Origin: Blastocatellia bacterium
GTDB lineage: Bacteria > Acidobacteriota > Blastocatellia > UBA7656
Length of the DNA: 64,000 bases
Assembly: GCA_039648975.1 (NCBI GenBank)
Contig: JBBWZK010000425.1
Location: 272-64,271 of the forward strand
Reading direction: 5' to 3'
Positions within the stretch are counted from its first letter, which is position 1. Every line of letters begins with the position of its first letter. The notes beneath the pieces are model-generated. The model made no database searches. It was not told where the DNA came from and worked only from the letters and a program-made list of their open reading frames with translations. The position numbers and the translations under genes were made by a program. Positions 9,450 through 18,805 of the stretch are shown here, one piece after another.

Positions 9450-10417
9450 TAATATGTATACGCCTGTTTGTGCGACAGGTGGCCGTCAGCGCCGACGAGT
9501 TTGACTTTGATTTCGCGGCGCTTGCCGGTCTTCTCCTGGGTGGTCGGCCTGTAATAAATGACGTATTCCTGTCGCAGGTCCTGCGCCACCTGCGTGAAGG
9601 CTCTGAATAGCTCGATTTTTTCCGCCGGCAGAAAAATCTGCCCGCCGGTCTCTTCGCACAAGCGGCGCAACTCCTTATCATCGGCGTTTTCAGTCAGGCC
9701 GGAACTCGTGCCCTTGAAGTTCTTCGTGCTGATGCCAAAGATGGTGACATCGTAACGCTGCGCCATCTCGATGGCTTCTTTGAGCGAGTGTTCGCTGGCG
9801 GTATCTTCGCCGTCCGACAAGACAACGATGATGCGCCGCGCATCGCTGCCGGTGAGGGTCGCCATCTTCTCTTCGATGACCCGATAGACGGCATCGTAGA
9901 GCCGCGTGTAGCCGCCGGCCTTGACTTTGCGAATTGCCCTGATGAGCAGTTCCTGGCTGTCTGTGAAATCCTGATGCAGCGCCACCTCGGAATCGAAGGT
10001 GATGAACGACACCTGATCTTTGCGGCGATAAGTGGTGACGGTGGCGACGAAATCTTCGGCGGCGTCCTTTTCAAACGGCAGCTTGAGCTTGACGCTGTTG
10101 CTGGTGTCCATCAGCACGGCAATATCGAGCGGCAGTTTGCTCGGCGCGATAAAGAGCTCGATGGTTTGGCGCTTGCCGTCTTCGTAAATCTCGAAGTTGT
10201 TCTTCGTCAGGCTGGGCACGAATTTGCCCCTCTCCTTGACGGCGACCGGCAGGCGGACTTCAAAGACACCGACTTTGGTGGTCTGATCATCCTGCTGAAC
10301 CGGCTGCGGTTTCTTCTGCTGCGGCTTGTCGGATGGCTTTTGCGCAAACGCCAACGCGCTCAAAAATAGAGCGATAAGCAGAGAACAAGCGATAAATGCA
10401 GATGCACGTCTCATCAC
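9449..10417 (-). CDS. VWA domain protein, paralog 3
   Basis: Signal peptide, DTSNS, VVLSDGEDT, and C-terminus YVIYYRP...HKQAYTY. Confidence 0.85.
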   Translation of the reverse strand: MMRRASAFIACSLLIALFLSALAFAQKPSDKPQQKKPQPVQQDDQTTKVGVFEVRLPVAVKERGKFVPSLTKNNFEIYEDGKRQTIELFIAPSKLPLDIAVLMDTSNSVKLKLPFEKDAAEDFVATVTTYRRKDQVSFITFDSEVALHQDFTDSQELLIRAIRKVKAGGYTRLYDAVYRVIEEKMATLTGSDARRIIVVLSDGEDTASEHSLKEAIEMAQRYDVTIFGISTKNFKGTSSGLTENADDKELRRLCEETGGQIFLPAEKIELFRAFTQVAQDLRQEYVIYYRPTTQEKTGKRREIKVKLVGADGHLSHKQAYTY

Positions 10418-10569
10418 GAAAGGGGAACCTCCGACAACGGGTCTGATGCACGGGATGCAAAATCACGATGCCTTGCTGAAAGGAAATTATAGAGGCCGTG
10501 TGGAACGAGTGTCAATTAACTGCTCAAAACCGTTGCTTGCAAATCAAGCTTAGGGAAAGCGGCGGCAAG

Positions 10570-10957
10570 CTATACTTCCCAGTCTTCGATCTTCAGGCGA
10601 TTGATGCGGCTGAATTCCTTGACGTTATGCGTGACCAGCGTAACATCATTGGCAATCGCAATCGCAGCGATCTGCATATCGTATGGCCCTATAGGCATGC
10701 CTTTGCTGAAAAGCTCGGCGCGGATGCCACCAAAGACTTGCGCCGCTTGATCATCAAAAGGGAGCGAAGAAACTCTCCAGCGTCATGAGCGTGGTTTGCT
10801 GCTGCTGACTTTTATAGCCACCGTAATAAAGCTCTGCTTTGACGACCGCACAAAGCAATTTGTCTTGCGCGGCAATCGCCGCAAACTTTGTTGATAGCTT
10901 TGGCTCTCTGCCGCTTAAGAACTTTATGCAAACGTTCGTATCAAGCAGATACTTCAT
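10570..10957 (-). pseudogene. vapC: PIN-domain VapC toxin, frameshifted
   Basis: The N-terminal 67 aa (MKYLLDTNVCIKFL...) stop at 10754. The rest (LPFDDQAAQVFGGIRAELFSKGMPIGPYDMQIAAIAIANDVTLVTHNVKEFSRINRLKIEDWEV) continues in another frame down to 10570. The span is 388 nt, which is 3n+1. Confidence 0.7.
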
Positions 10958-11214
10958 AGCAACTCTTCCCGAATTTCATATTCGCCCTGTGCCTCTCTTT
11001 CGGGAAAATCAGGCAGGCTGCCGAAGAATTGCGTGATTAGAGGATCAGCGATTTCAGATTCGGCTTGACCGTTCGCCGCATTTGATTCTGGCACATCGGC
11101 ATCAGCTACCTCGTCCAGCGGCAGAATGATGACCTCAGCGCGACGGCTGCGCAGTTCTGGCGGAACGCTGATGGTGTCCGGCATACGCTCATAAATCCTG
11201 CGAACGGTTTTCAT
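10954..11214 (-). CDS. putative VapB-type antitoxin
   Basis: Its stop overlaps the vapC start by 4 nt (ATGA). The ATG at 11214 is preceded by ggagaggagaggtggc. No family was recognised with confidence. Confidence 0.55.
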   Translation of the reverse strand: MKTVRRIYERMPDTISVPPELRSRRAEVIILPLDEVADADVPESNAANGQAESEIADPLITQFFGSLPDFPEREAQGEYEIREELL

Positions 11215-11325
11215 GCCACCTCTCCTCTCCAAATCATTGACTAACAGTTTACAACCGACAACCTCATAGTTTACTCAAGTCGTGTGTAATTGCCATTCGC
11301 TTTCACGTACCAACCGCTCTGCCGA

Positions 11326-12276
11326 TTATCCAAGCAGCGCGAGAAAATGCCTTAGCTCATGCGGAATCGGCGATGAAAATTCCAGGCGCTCGCCGCTGCG
11401 CGGATGCACGAAAGCCAGTTGCGCCGAATGCAGAAATTGCCGGCCCAGGGCGCGAATCTCTCGCTTCATCAACGCATCGCGCACCGTGTTGTCGCGCCCG
11501 CCGCCGTAGGCTGCATCGCCGACGACCGGATGGCCGATGTGCGCCATGTGAACGCGTATCTGATGTGTGCGGCCCGTTTTGATCTGCACTTTCAATAGCG
11601 TGAACTCGGTGTAGCGTTCGGCGACTTCAAAGATCGTATGCGCCGCGCGGCCCGCGCCGCCGCGCAGCACAGCCATGCGCGTGCGATGGTGCGGGCTGCG
11701 GCCCAGTCGCGCTTCAATCTCGCCCTGCCGCTCGGACATTCGACCGTAGACCAGCGTTACGTAGAGCTTGAAGACTTCACGGTTGCGGAACTGCTCGGAC
11801 AATTTTTCATGCGTCACATCGTTTTTAGCGACGACCAGCAAGCCCGATGTCTCTTTATCGATGCGATGCACGATACCTGGGCGTATGCGCCCGGCGGTTC
11901 TCGATAGCTCATTGAAGTGATAGACCAGCGCATTTGCCAGCGTGCCCGCCTCCTGCCCCGCGCCGGGATGAATCACCAGCCCTGCGGGTTTATCCACGAC
12001 AATCAAATCATCATCTTCATAAACGATGTTGAGCGGAATCGCCTCTGGCACGAGTTCGACGGGCGGCGGTTCAGGCAGGTCAATTTCGATGCGGTCGCCG
12101 GCGCGCACGCGATAACTCGATTTCGCCGTATGCTCATTGACCAGCACATCGCCGTCTTCAATCGCGCGTTGAATGCGCGTGCGACTGATGTCGCTGAGCC
12201 CACCGGCAACAAACGCATCGAGCCGCGCTCCCGCCGCATCAGAACTGACCGTGAGCAGTTGAAGTTCGTTAGACAT
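11326..12276 (-). CDS. rluD: RluA/RluD-family 23S rRNA pseudouridine synthase
   Basis: N-terminal S4 domain and catalytic motif HRIDKETSGLLVVAK. Confidence 0.9.
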   Translation of the reverse strand: MSNELQLLTVSSDAAGARLDAFVAGGLSDISRTRIQRAIEDGDVLVNEHTAKSSYRVRAGDRIEIDLPEPPPVELVPEAIPLNIVYEDDDLIVVDKPAGLVIHPGAGQEAGTLANALVYHFNELSRTAGRIRPGIVHRIDKETSGLLVVAKNDVTHEKLSEQFRNREVFKLYVTLVYGRMSERQGEIEARLGRSPHHRTRMAVLRGGAGRAAHTIFEVAERYTEFTLLKVQIKTGRTHQIRVHMAHIGHPVVGDAAYGGGRDNTVRDALMKREIRALGRQFLHSAQLAFVHPRSGERLEFSSPIPHELRHFLALLG

Positions 12277-12282
12277 TCAGAC

Positions 12283-12356
12283 GTGACAAGTGACAAGTGA
12301 CAAGTGACAAGAAAGATGGCAACCCATCTTGTCACTTGTCACTTGTCACTTGTCAC
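12283..12356. repeat. long hairpin with arms made of 4 x GTGACAA heptamer
   Basis: gtgacaa x4 ... aagatgg caac ccatctt ... ttgtcac x4. The stem is about 33 bp with a 4-nt bulge. It starts 5 nt 3' of the lgt stop. Confidence 0.9.
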
Positions 12357-12360
12357 GATC

Positions 12361-13182
12361 TTAAGAAACTTGAGCGGCGACATCCTGACGCTGCGCCGCG
12401 TCTTTGCTGGCGTTGCGTTTGCGCGCAATCAGCGTCATCACCAATCCGAAGACGAACATTAGAATGGCGATGAACTGCGAAGTCGACAGGCCAAGCAGCG
12501 AGCCGCGCGGGTCGTCGCGCCAGAACTCTATCGTGAAGCGCACGACCGAATAAATCATCATATAGGCATAGATGATCTGGCCTGCGAACTTGCGCCGCTT
12601 GGTCAGCCACAACAGGAAGAGGAAGATCAACAGGTTCGCAAAGGCTTCGATCAACTGCGTCGGCACGAGCGCCGCATCAATCGGCACGCCGGTCAACTCG
12701 CTCGCCTTTTCGGTGAAATGCACGCCGATCCAAGAAGTCGTCGGCTTGCCCCAGCAACAACCGGCGGAAAAACAGCCCAATCGCCCGATGGCATGGCCGA
12801 GCGCGATGCCCGGCGCAAACGCATCCGAGGTTTTCGGCCAGGGCAGATGCCACAGGCGCATCAGGATGACGCTGGCCAGCACCGCCGCCAGCAAGCCGCC
12901 GTAAAAGACGCCGCCCGAACGCAAAAAATCGACCGACAACATGCGCCGCCAGTCGCCGCCATAATCGCGCCACTCGGTGATCACCATCAGCGCCTTCGAG
13001 CCGACCAGCGATGCCGCCAGCACATACAATCCGAGATCGTAAATGCGCTGCTTCGGCAAGCCGTCGCGCGCTGCCAGCCGCGCCGTCAGCCACAGCGCGA
13101 GAATGAAACCGATAGCCAGCAACACGCCATAGGTGGCCAGCGGAATGCCCAGTCCGGGAATTTTGAATAGCTCTGGAAACAT
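12361..13182 (-). CDS. lgt: prolipoprotein diacylglyceryl transferase
   Basis: 273 aa, polytopic. MFPELFKIPGLGIPLATYGVLLAIGF... and GRLGCFSAGCCWG. Confidence 0.95.
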   Translation of the reverse strand: MFPELFKIPGLGIPLATYGVLLAIGFILALWLTARLAARDGLPKQRIYDLGLYVLAASLVGSKALMVITEWRDYGGDWRRMLSVDFLRSGGVFYGGLLAAVLASVILMRLWHLPWPKTSDAFAPGIALGHAIGRLGCFSAGCCWGKPTTSWIGVHFTEKASELTGVPIDAALVPTQLIEAFANLLIFLFLLWLTKRRKFAGQIIYAYMMIYSVVRFTIEFWRDDPRGSLLGLSTSQFIAILMFVFGLVMTLIARKRNASKDAAQRQDVAAQVS

Positions 13183-13195
13183 GCGAACTGCCTTT

Positions 13196-13356
13196 AGAAG
13201 TCAGGAGTCAGGAGCCAGAAATCAGAATGAAAAGAAGCGAGGCCCGGGTAATTCTAAAAGGCCGATGCAGGATCGTGCCTTCCGACATCCTTCATTGAAG
13301 TATGATCATTCGGCATTCCCAAGATTCGGGCTCCTGACTTCTGACTCCTGACTTCT
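13196..13356. repeat. inverted repeat with arms made of (G/A)AGTCAG-type heptamers
   Basis: Left arm agaagtcaggagtcaggagcc (13196-13216). Right arm ggctcctgacttctgactcctgacttct (13329-13356). The 7-nt periodicity extends about 5 units on each side. The right arm lies in the lspA 3' end. Confidence 0.8.
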
Positions 13357-13908
13357 AACTTCCGACTTCTCTACATCCCCTATCAAAGCTTCAGCCGCCG
13401 CCGCATCGGTGGCGCGCTCGGCCTGCGGAGTGATGAATAACTCAATGGCCATCAACGCCGCGCCGATGCTGATGGCGGTATCGGCGACGTTGAAGACGGG
13501 AAACTGATTGTCTTTGTAGTGCAACAGGAAAAAATCGATGACCCGGCCAATACGCACGCGGTCAATCAGGTTGCCGCAGATGCCTGCCGCCAGCAGCGAC
13601 AGCGACCACAGCAGCAGGCGATTGGCTGCACTGGTGCGCATCATGTAGACCAGCACGACGAGCACGGCAATCACCGAGATGGCGACAAATAGCCAGCGCA
13701 GCGCGCCGCTGTTGAGCATGCCGAAGGCGATGCCGGGATTCTGCGTGTAACTGATGGCGAAGAAGTTGCGGATCACATCAATCTCGTCGCCAATCTGCAT
13801 GCGCGTCGAGACGATATACTTGGTGAATTGATCGAGCGCCATCACGAATGCCGTGATGATAAGATATTTGAGTTTCCCCGCGCTCGCGCTGCCAGCTTCT
13901 GAACTCAT
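13306..13908 (-). CDS. lspA: lipoprotein signal peptidase II
   Basis: Motifs NPGIAFG and FPVFNVADTAISIGA. ATG at 13908 follows aagaggaagg. The C-terminal tail (EKSEVRSQESEVRS) is encoded by the repeat arm. Confidence 0.9.
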   Translation of the reverse strand: MSSEAGSASAGKLKYLIITAFVMALDQFTKYIVSTRMQIGDEIDVIRNFFAISYTQNPGIAFGMLNSGALRWLFVAISVIAVLVVLVYMMRTSAANRLLLWSLSLLAAGICGNLIDRVRIGRVIDFFLLHYKDNQFPVFNVADTAISIGAALMAIELFITPQAERATDAAAAEALIGDVEKSEVRSQESEVRSPNLGNAE

Positions 13909-13923
13909 CAACCTTCCTCTTCT

Positions 13924-14388
13924 CTAAAGATGCGCATTCGGGTCGTCCACCGCAAGCCCTTCAGCCATCGCCGCCGCATTCAACACGGCATCTGCTGAAA
14001 TTAAAGTGATGGCAGACAATCCGACAGCAGCACGATCAGCATTGATTTCCAGTGCGGCGGCCAGTTGTACCGCATCATAAGCACGCAGCCCATGAGTCTG
14101 GACTAGGGATGCGGCTCGGCTCGTCAGAACAGGCAAGATTTCAACAATGCGATACTGGTGCATGAAGTCGTAGCGAAAGTTTGTCATTCCCACTCTTGCA
14201 TCGGACGAGCTCAAGCTGCCTGCGCGCAGTCGCCGAGTGATAGCAGAAGCGACTTCTACTTCTGTGATGCGAGCGATATAAATGAAATGGCTCAATGCCG
14301 GATCGGTAATCTGTTGCACCCAGGGCGAGCCGGTTTCATTCGCATAACGCTTCACCACTGCGCTCGTATCAAAGAAGTAAGCCGCCAA
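13924..14388 (-). CDS. vapC: PIN-domain toxin (VapC family), TTG start
   Basis: AAYFFDTSAVVKRY... with PIN acidic residues. Directly abuts the stop of the upstream small gene. Confidence 0.8.
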   Translation of the reverse strand: MAAYFFDTSAVVKRYANETGSPWVQQITDPALSHFIYIARITEVEVASAITRRLRAGSLSSSDARVGMTNFRYDFMHQYRIVEILPVLTSRAASLVQTHGLRAYDAVQLAAALEINADRAAVGLSAITLISADAVLNAAAMAEGLAVDDPNAHL

Positions 14389-14658
14389 TCAACGTCGCTC
14401 CTCAATCACCGTTTCAGAAAGCGGCTTGCCTTTCACTTCCATCAGTTTGCGATTCTCGAATGCCGTCAAGTCAGTAATCGGCGGTGGAATCTCGCTGATA
14501 ATGCCTTTAGTAAGTAAGTGCTGCTCGAACTCTTCTTCGCTCATCTGCGGCGTGGGCGGCGCAAGCAAATCGTCGAGCAATTCGCGCAGCTTGCGCTGAT
14601 CATCGGGCGATAGCGCCCTCACTTCTTCGATCAGTTGATCCAGATTCGACGTTGTCAT
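14389..14658 (-). CDS. putative antitoxin partner of the PIN toxin
   Basis: Internal ATG (MTTSNLDQLIEEVRALSPDDQRKLRELL), 89 aa. The longer ORF to 14784 would overlap the ileS 3' end. Confidence 0.6.
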   Translation of the reverse strand: MTTSNLDQLIEEVRALSPDDQRKLRELLDDLLAPPTPQMSEEEFEQHLLTKGIISEIPPPITDLTAFENRKLMEVKGKPLSETVIEERR

Positions 14659-14659
14659 T

Positions 14660-17600
14660 TTATAACCAGCCTTCTTCGAGTTGGCGCACGCAGCGCGCGT
14701 CAATCGTCGGGAAGCGCGCGTCCGCGCCGACCGTGTTGCTCCAGTGCCAGCAGCGTTCGCACTTCGCGCCCTCGGCATGTTCAACTTTAACCGTTATGCC
14801 TGGCGCTACCGTCTCAATCAACCTGACATGCGAGACGATAAAAATTGCCGGCAAATGTTCCTCATACTTTTTCAGCAGGCTAAATGTACTTTCGGGAACC
14901 TCCAACGTGATCTTCGCCTCCAATGAAGCGCCGATCACTTTCTCATTGCGCATTCTTTCCAGTTCTTGTTGGACTAGCCCCCGCACATACAATAAGCCGC
15001 CTTCTCGCACGTCCCACTCTTTCAATAACCGCGCATCGCCCGCGTGTGCTTCGGCGTTGGCAAACTCCGCCAGGTGTACCGAAGGCTCGCGCTTGCCCGG
15101 CAAGCTCTCCCAGATTTCATCCGCCGTGAAGGCCAGCACCGGCGCAAGCAGCCGCGCGAATGTATCGACAATCTGAGCGAGCGCCGTCTGCGCGCTGCGC
15201 CGCCCTGCGGACTTCGGCGCGAACGTGTAGAGGCGATCTTTCAGTATGTCGATGTAGACCGCCGACAACGTCACCGTCGCGTAATTGTAAAGCGTGTGAT
15301 AGACGGTTGTGTACTCGAATCGCTTATAGGCGTCGATCACTTTGCGCGCCATGTCGCGCGTCGCCGCCAGCGCCCAGCGGTCAATCTCCCACATCTCGCT
15401 TTCGGCAACCGCATCGACTTGCGTGTCGAAGTCGCTGATGTTGCCGAGCGCATAGCGCGCCGTGTTGCGTAACTTTCGATACGCATCGACCAGCCGCTTG
15501 AGAATCTCTTCCGACAACCGCACGTCTTCCTGATAATCGCTTGATGCGACCCAGAGACGCAGAATCTCGGCGCCCGATTTATCCGTGACTTCGTTCGGCG
15601 AGATGGCGTTGCCCGACGACTTGTGCATGGCCTTGCCTTCGCCGTCCACCGTCCAGCCGTGCGTGATGACCGTCTTGTAGGGCGCGCGGTTGTGCGCCGC
15701 CAGCGCCACCATCAGCGACGAGTTGAACCAGCCGCGATATTGATCTGGGCCTTCGAGTTAAACATCCGCCGGCCATGGCAGACGCCGTTCGATCTCAAGC
15801 ACCGCCAGCGACGACGAACCGCTATCGAACCAGACGTCGAGAATGTCCGTCTCTTTCTTGAAATCCGCGCCGCCGCACTCCGGACACTTGAACCCCTCGG
15901 GCAGCAGATCTTTCGCCTCGCGCGCATACCAGGCATCGGCAGTGTCTTTGTCGAAGATGTCAGCGACGTGATCGATCACTTTGGCGTCGGCAATTATTTC
16001 TTGGCAGTCGTTACAATAGAAAGCCGGGATCGGCACGCCCCATACCCTCTGGCGCGATACACACCAATCGGGCCGTCCTGAAAACATATTGCGCATGCGC
16101 TCCTCGCCCCACCCCGGAAGCCAGCGGACATCTTCAACTTCGCGCAGCGCGCCCTCGCGCAACGAGTGGCCGTCGGCGTCTTGCTTATCCATAGAGATGA
16201 ACCACTGCGGCGTGGCGCGAAAGATCACCGGCTGATGGCAACGCCAGCAATGCGGGTAGCGGTGCGCATAATCTTCCGTGAAAACCAGCGCTCCCGATTC
16301 GCGCAGGAAATCGACGATGGCGCGATTCGCTTCAAAGACCTGGCGACCGGCGAAGTGTTCGACTTCGGGCGTGAAGCGACCGGCGTTATCGACCGGGCAA
16401 TAGACTTCGGTTTCAGCCACATTGAGCTTCTCATAGATCGGCGCGAGTTGCTGGCGATACTGCTGGCCGATGACGAAGTCGTCGTGGCCGTGACCGGGCG
16501 CAGTGTGGACAGCACCTGTGCCGGATTTGCCCGTGCCTTTCTTCTGCGCGTCCGCGACATCGAGTTCGGTTTCGGCGTCGGCTTCGCCGCCGAGCGTGAC
16601 GTGTTCGCCGACCATCAGAATCGAAGGCCGGTCGAGCCACGCGTGCCGCGCTTCGAGCTTGTCGAGCAGCGCGCCGGAAAACTCGGCGACCACCGTCGGT
16701 GTGGCAAGCGCGCACTTTTCGGCGACCGCCGCGACCAGCTCGCTGGCGACGATGTAAATTTCATTACCTACGTCAATCGCCGCATAATCGAAGTTCGGGT
16801 TGACACTGATGCCGACGTTCGCAGGCAGCGTCCACGGCGTCGTCGTCCAGATCAGCACAAAGACCGGCTTCCCGGTTGTAGATAAAGGATGATACCTATC
16901 TCTCAAAATCCTTTCGGTAACGTTATGTACTTGTTTTGCTTCTTCGCTGCTGTCTTCGTCCGATAGGGGCAACCCTTTCTCTGCCGCCAACCTCCGTTCC
17001 AATTCGCGTACCTGATCTTCAAGCAGCGGAAACTTGACGTAGATCGACGGCGAGGTGTGCTCATGGTATTCGACTTCGGCTTCGGCAAGCGCCGTCTGGT
17101 CATTGATGCACCAGTAGACGGGCCGCCCGCCTTTGTAAACATATCCGCGCTCGACGAAACGCCCGAAGAGCCGCGCGGTTTGGGCTTCGTAAGCGTTCGA
17201 CATCGTCAGATAGGGATCGCCCCATTCGCCGAGGATGCCAAGTCGCTCGAAGTCGCGCGTCTGTCGCTTCAAGGCTTCGGCAGCGTGCTCGCGGCAGATG
17301 CGGCGGATGGTCAACGGGCTCATCTGCGATTTCTTCGCGCCGAGCTTCTTGTCAACGTACATCTCAATCGGCAAGCCGTGACAGTCATAGCCCGGCACGT
17401 AAGGCGCATCGTAGCCGAGCATCGAATGCGACTTGACCACCATGTCTTTGAGAATCTTGTTCATCGCCGTGCCGATGTGAATATCGGAGTTGGCATAAGG
17501 CGGGCCGTCGTGCAGCACGAATATGGGCCGGCCCTGTCGCGCCCGGCAAATCTCGTGATAGAGATCCATCTTCTGCCAGCGCGCCAATCGTTCAGGCTCG

Positions 17601-17686
17601 CGCTGCGTGAGGTTGGCTTTCTGCGCGAAGTCGGTCTTCGGCAAGTTCACGGTGGCTTTCAAATCCAAGGGTGTTTCGGTTGACAT
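14660..17686 (-). pseudogene. ileS: isoleucine--tRNA ligase, interrupted by a single in-frame TAA (15758-15760)
   Basis: ORFs 15758..17752 and 14660..15712 are in the same frame. Motifs HIGTAMNKILKD (HIGH), KAMHKSSGN (KMSKS) and a C-terminal CERCWHW. The junction reads PWPADV*LEGPDQYRGWFNSS. Confidence 0.9.
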
Positions 17687-17695
17687 AACGCTCTC

Positions 17696-17831
17696 GATTT
17701 TGGATTTTAGATTTTGGATTATAAAGCTCCGCTTCGCAATCAGGTCGGACAATCAGGAAATGGCATTCCCTGAATCCAAATTCGCGCCGCGCGAAGCGCA
17801 TCATGCGCCAAGAAAATCCAAAATCCAAAAT
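17696..17831. repeat. inverted repeat with arms made of GATTTTG heptamers
   Basis: Left arm gattttg gatttta gattttg gatt (17696-17720). Right arm aaaatcc aaaatcc aaaat (17813-17831). Lies between the DUF948-like gene stop and the ileS start. Confidence 0.8.
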
Positions 17832-17956
17832 TGCAAAAGCACCTGACTCCTGCGATGAGGAACCCAGGTGCCGCTTGAATTGAGTCACCAGTCCATTTGA
17901 GACGACGCACAGTCGGCTGGCAAAGCCACCTTCACGTCGCGCCGGCAACTCGTTGG

Positions 17957-18574
17957 TTATCCAATAAACATCTCTTCGTCCTGATAGGCTCGGTCAATCG
18001 GTTTGCGGTTGCGCCCGAACAACATCTCAATCGTCCGCCGCAGGCCGACGAGCAGGGCCGACAACTCGCGCATTGGTTGCAACACGCCGGTCTGCACTTC
18101 GATAGTCGTGCCTTCAATGCGATCCTGCGTGCGCGTCAGCAAGCCGTCAACTTCGATGATCTGTTTTTGCAGCGTCGTCGTTGCCAGTTCGACGGTCGCG
18201 CTGATCTGCTCGGCTTGATGTTGCGCCAACTGAGCAATCTCTCTTGACGACGTAGAGACGGCGGCGGCGATGGCGCGCGTCTCAAGGGTGACTTTCTCGA
18301 ACGTCTCGGTCGCCTGCGCCGTGATCTTATCGACCGCGCCGCGCACGTTCGTAATCGTGCCTTGCACTTGATCGACCAGCGGCTCGACTTTGATGAGGAT
18401 GGGTTCGGCCCTGGCAATGATCGGCTCGACCTTCTTCTGTATTCCTTCGGCGACGGCTGTCAATTTCTTCACTGCACGAGCAATGCCGATCATCATCGCC
18501 ATCTGTATGATGAAGCTCAAGGTGATGACGACGGTGGCCACCGTGACGACGATGTAGAAGGTTCGCTGATCCAC
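17957..18574 (-). CDS. membrane-anchored coiled-coil protein (DUF948-like)
   Basis: N-terminal TM segment (FYIVVTVATVVITLSFIIQMAMMIGI) followed by a long helical region. Adjacent to ytxH, a common pairing. Confidence 0.65.
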   Translation of the reverse strand: MDQRTFYIVVTVATVVITLSFIIQMAMMIGIARAVKKLTAVAEGIQKKVEPIIARAEPILIKVEPLVDQVQGTITNVRGAVDKITAQATETFEKVTLETRAIAAAVSTSSREIAQLAQHQAEQISATVELATTTLQKQIIEVDGLLTRTQDRIEGTTIEVQTGVLQPMRELSALLVGLRRTIEMLFGRNRKPIDRAYQDEEMFIG

Positions 18575-18741
18575 AAGCCCTCCTTGCTCGAAAGCAAGTT
18601 GCTCAAGACAAATTGTTCAACCAGGGAAAGGCGCGGCTTGTGAAAGCCCGCGCCCACGCCACGAAATCATCCTGCACATATCATTGCGGCTGAAAGATCC
18701 TGCGCAATGAAGCGAAACGAAAACGCGCGGCAATCAGAAAC

Positions 18742-18771
18742 GGCCAGAGAGGCCCAGAGAGGCCCAGAGAG
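18742..18771. repeat. tandem 10-mer repeat (ggcc(c)agaga x3)
   Basis: Reads ggccagaga ggcccagaga ggcccagaga g. Read directly. Lies 3' of the ytxH stop. Confidence 0.8.
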
Positions 18772-18805
18772 ACATAGATGCCGGCACGTCGGCGAACTTT
18801 GTGCG

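Noticed and set aside
12283-12356. Possible CRISPR array (also considered for the other short tandem repeats)
   Set aside because: The units are only 7-10 nt and directly abutting, with no spacers. They are arranged as inverted arms, and no cas genes are present.
16166-17683. 239-aa and 208-aa plus-strand ORFs
   Set aside because: They are antisense to ileS. They have no motifs and a GC-rich shadow-frame composition.
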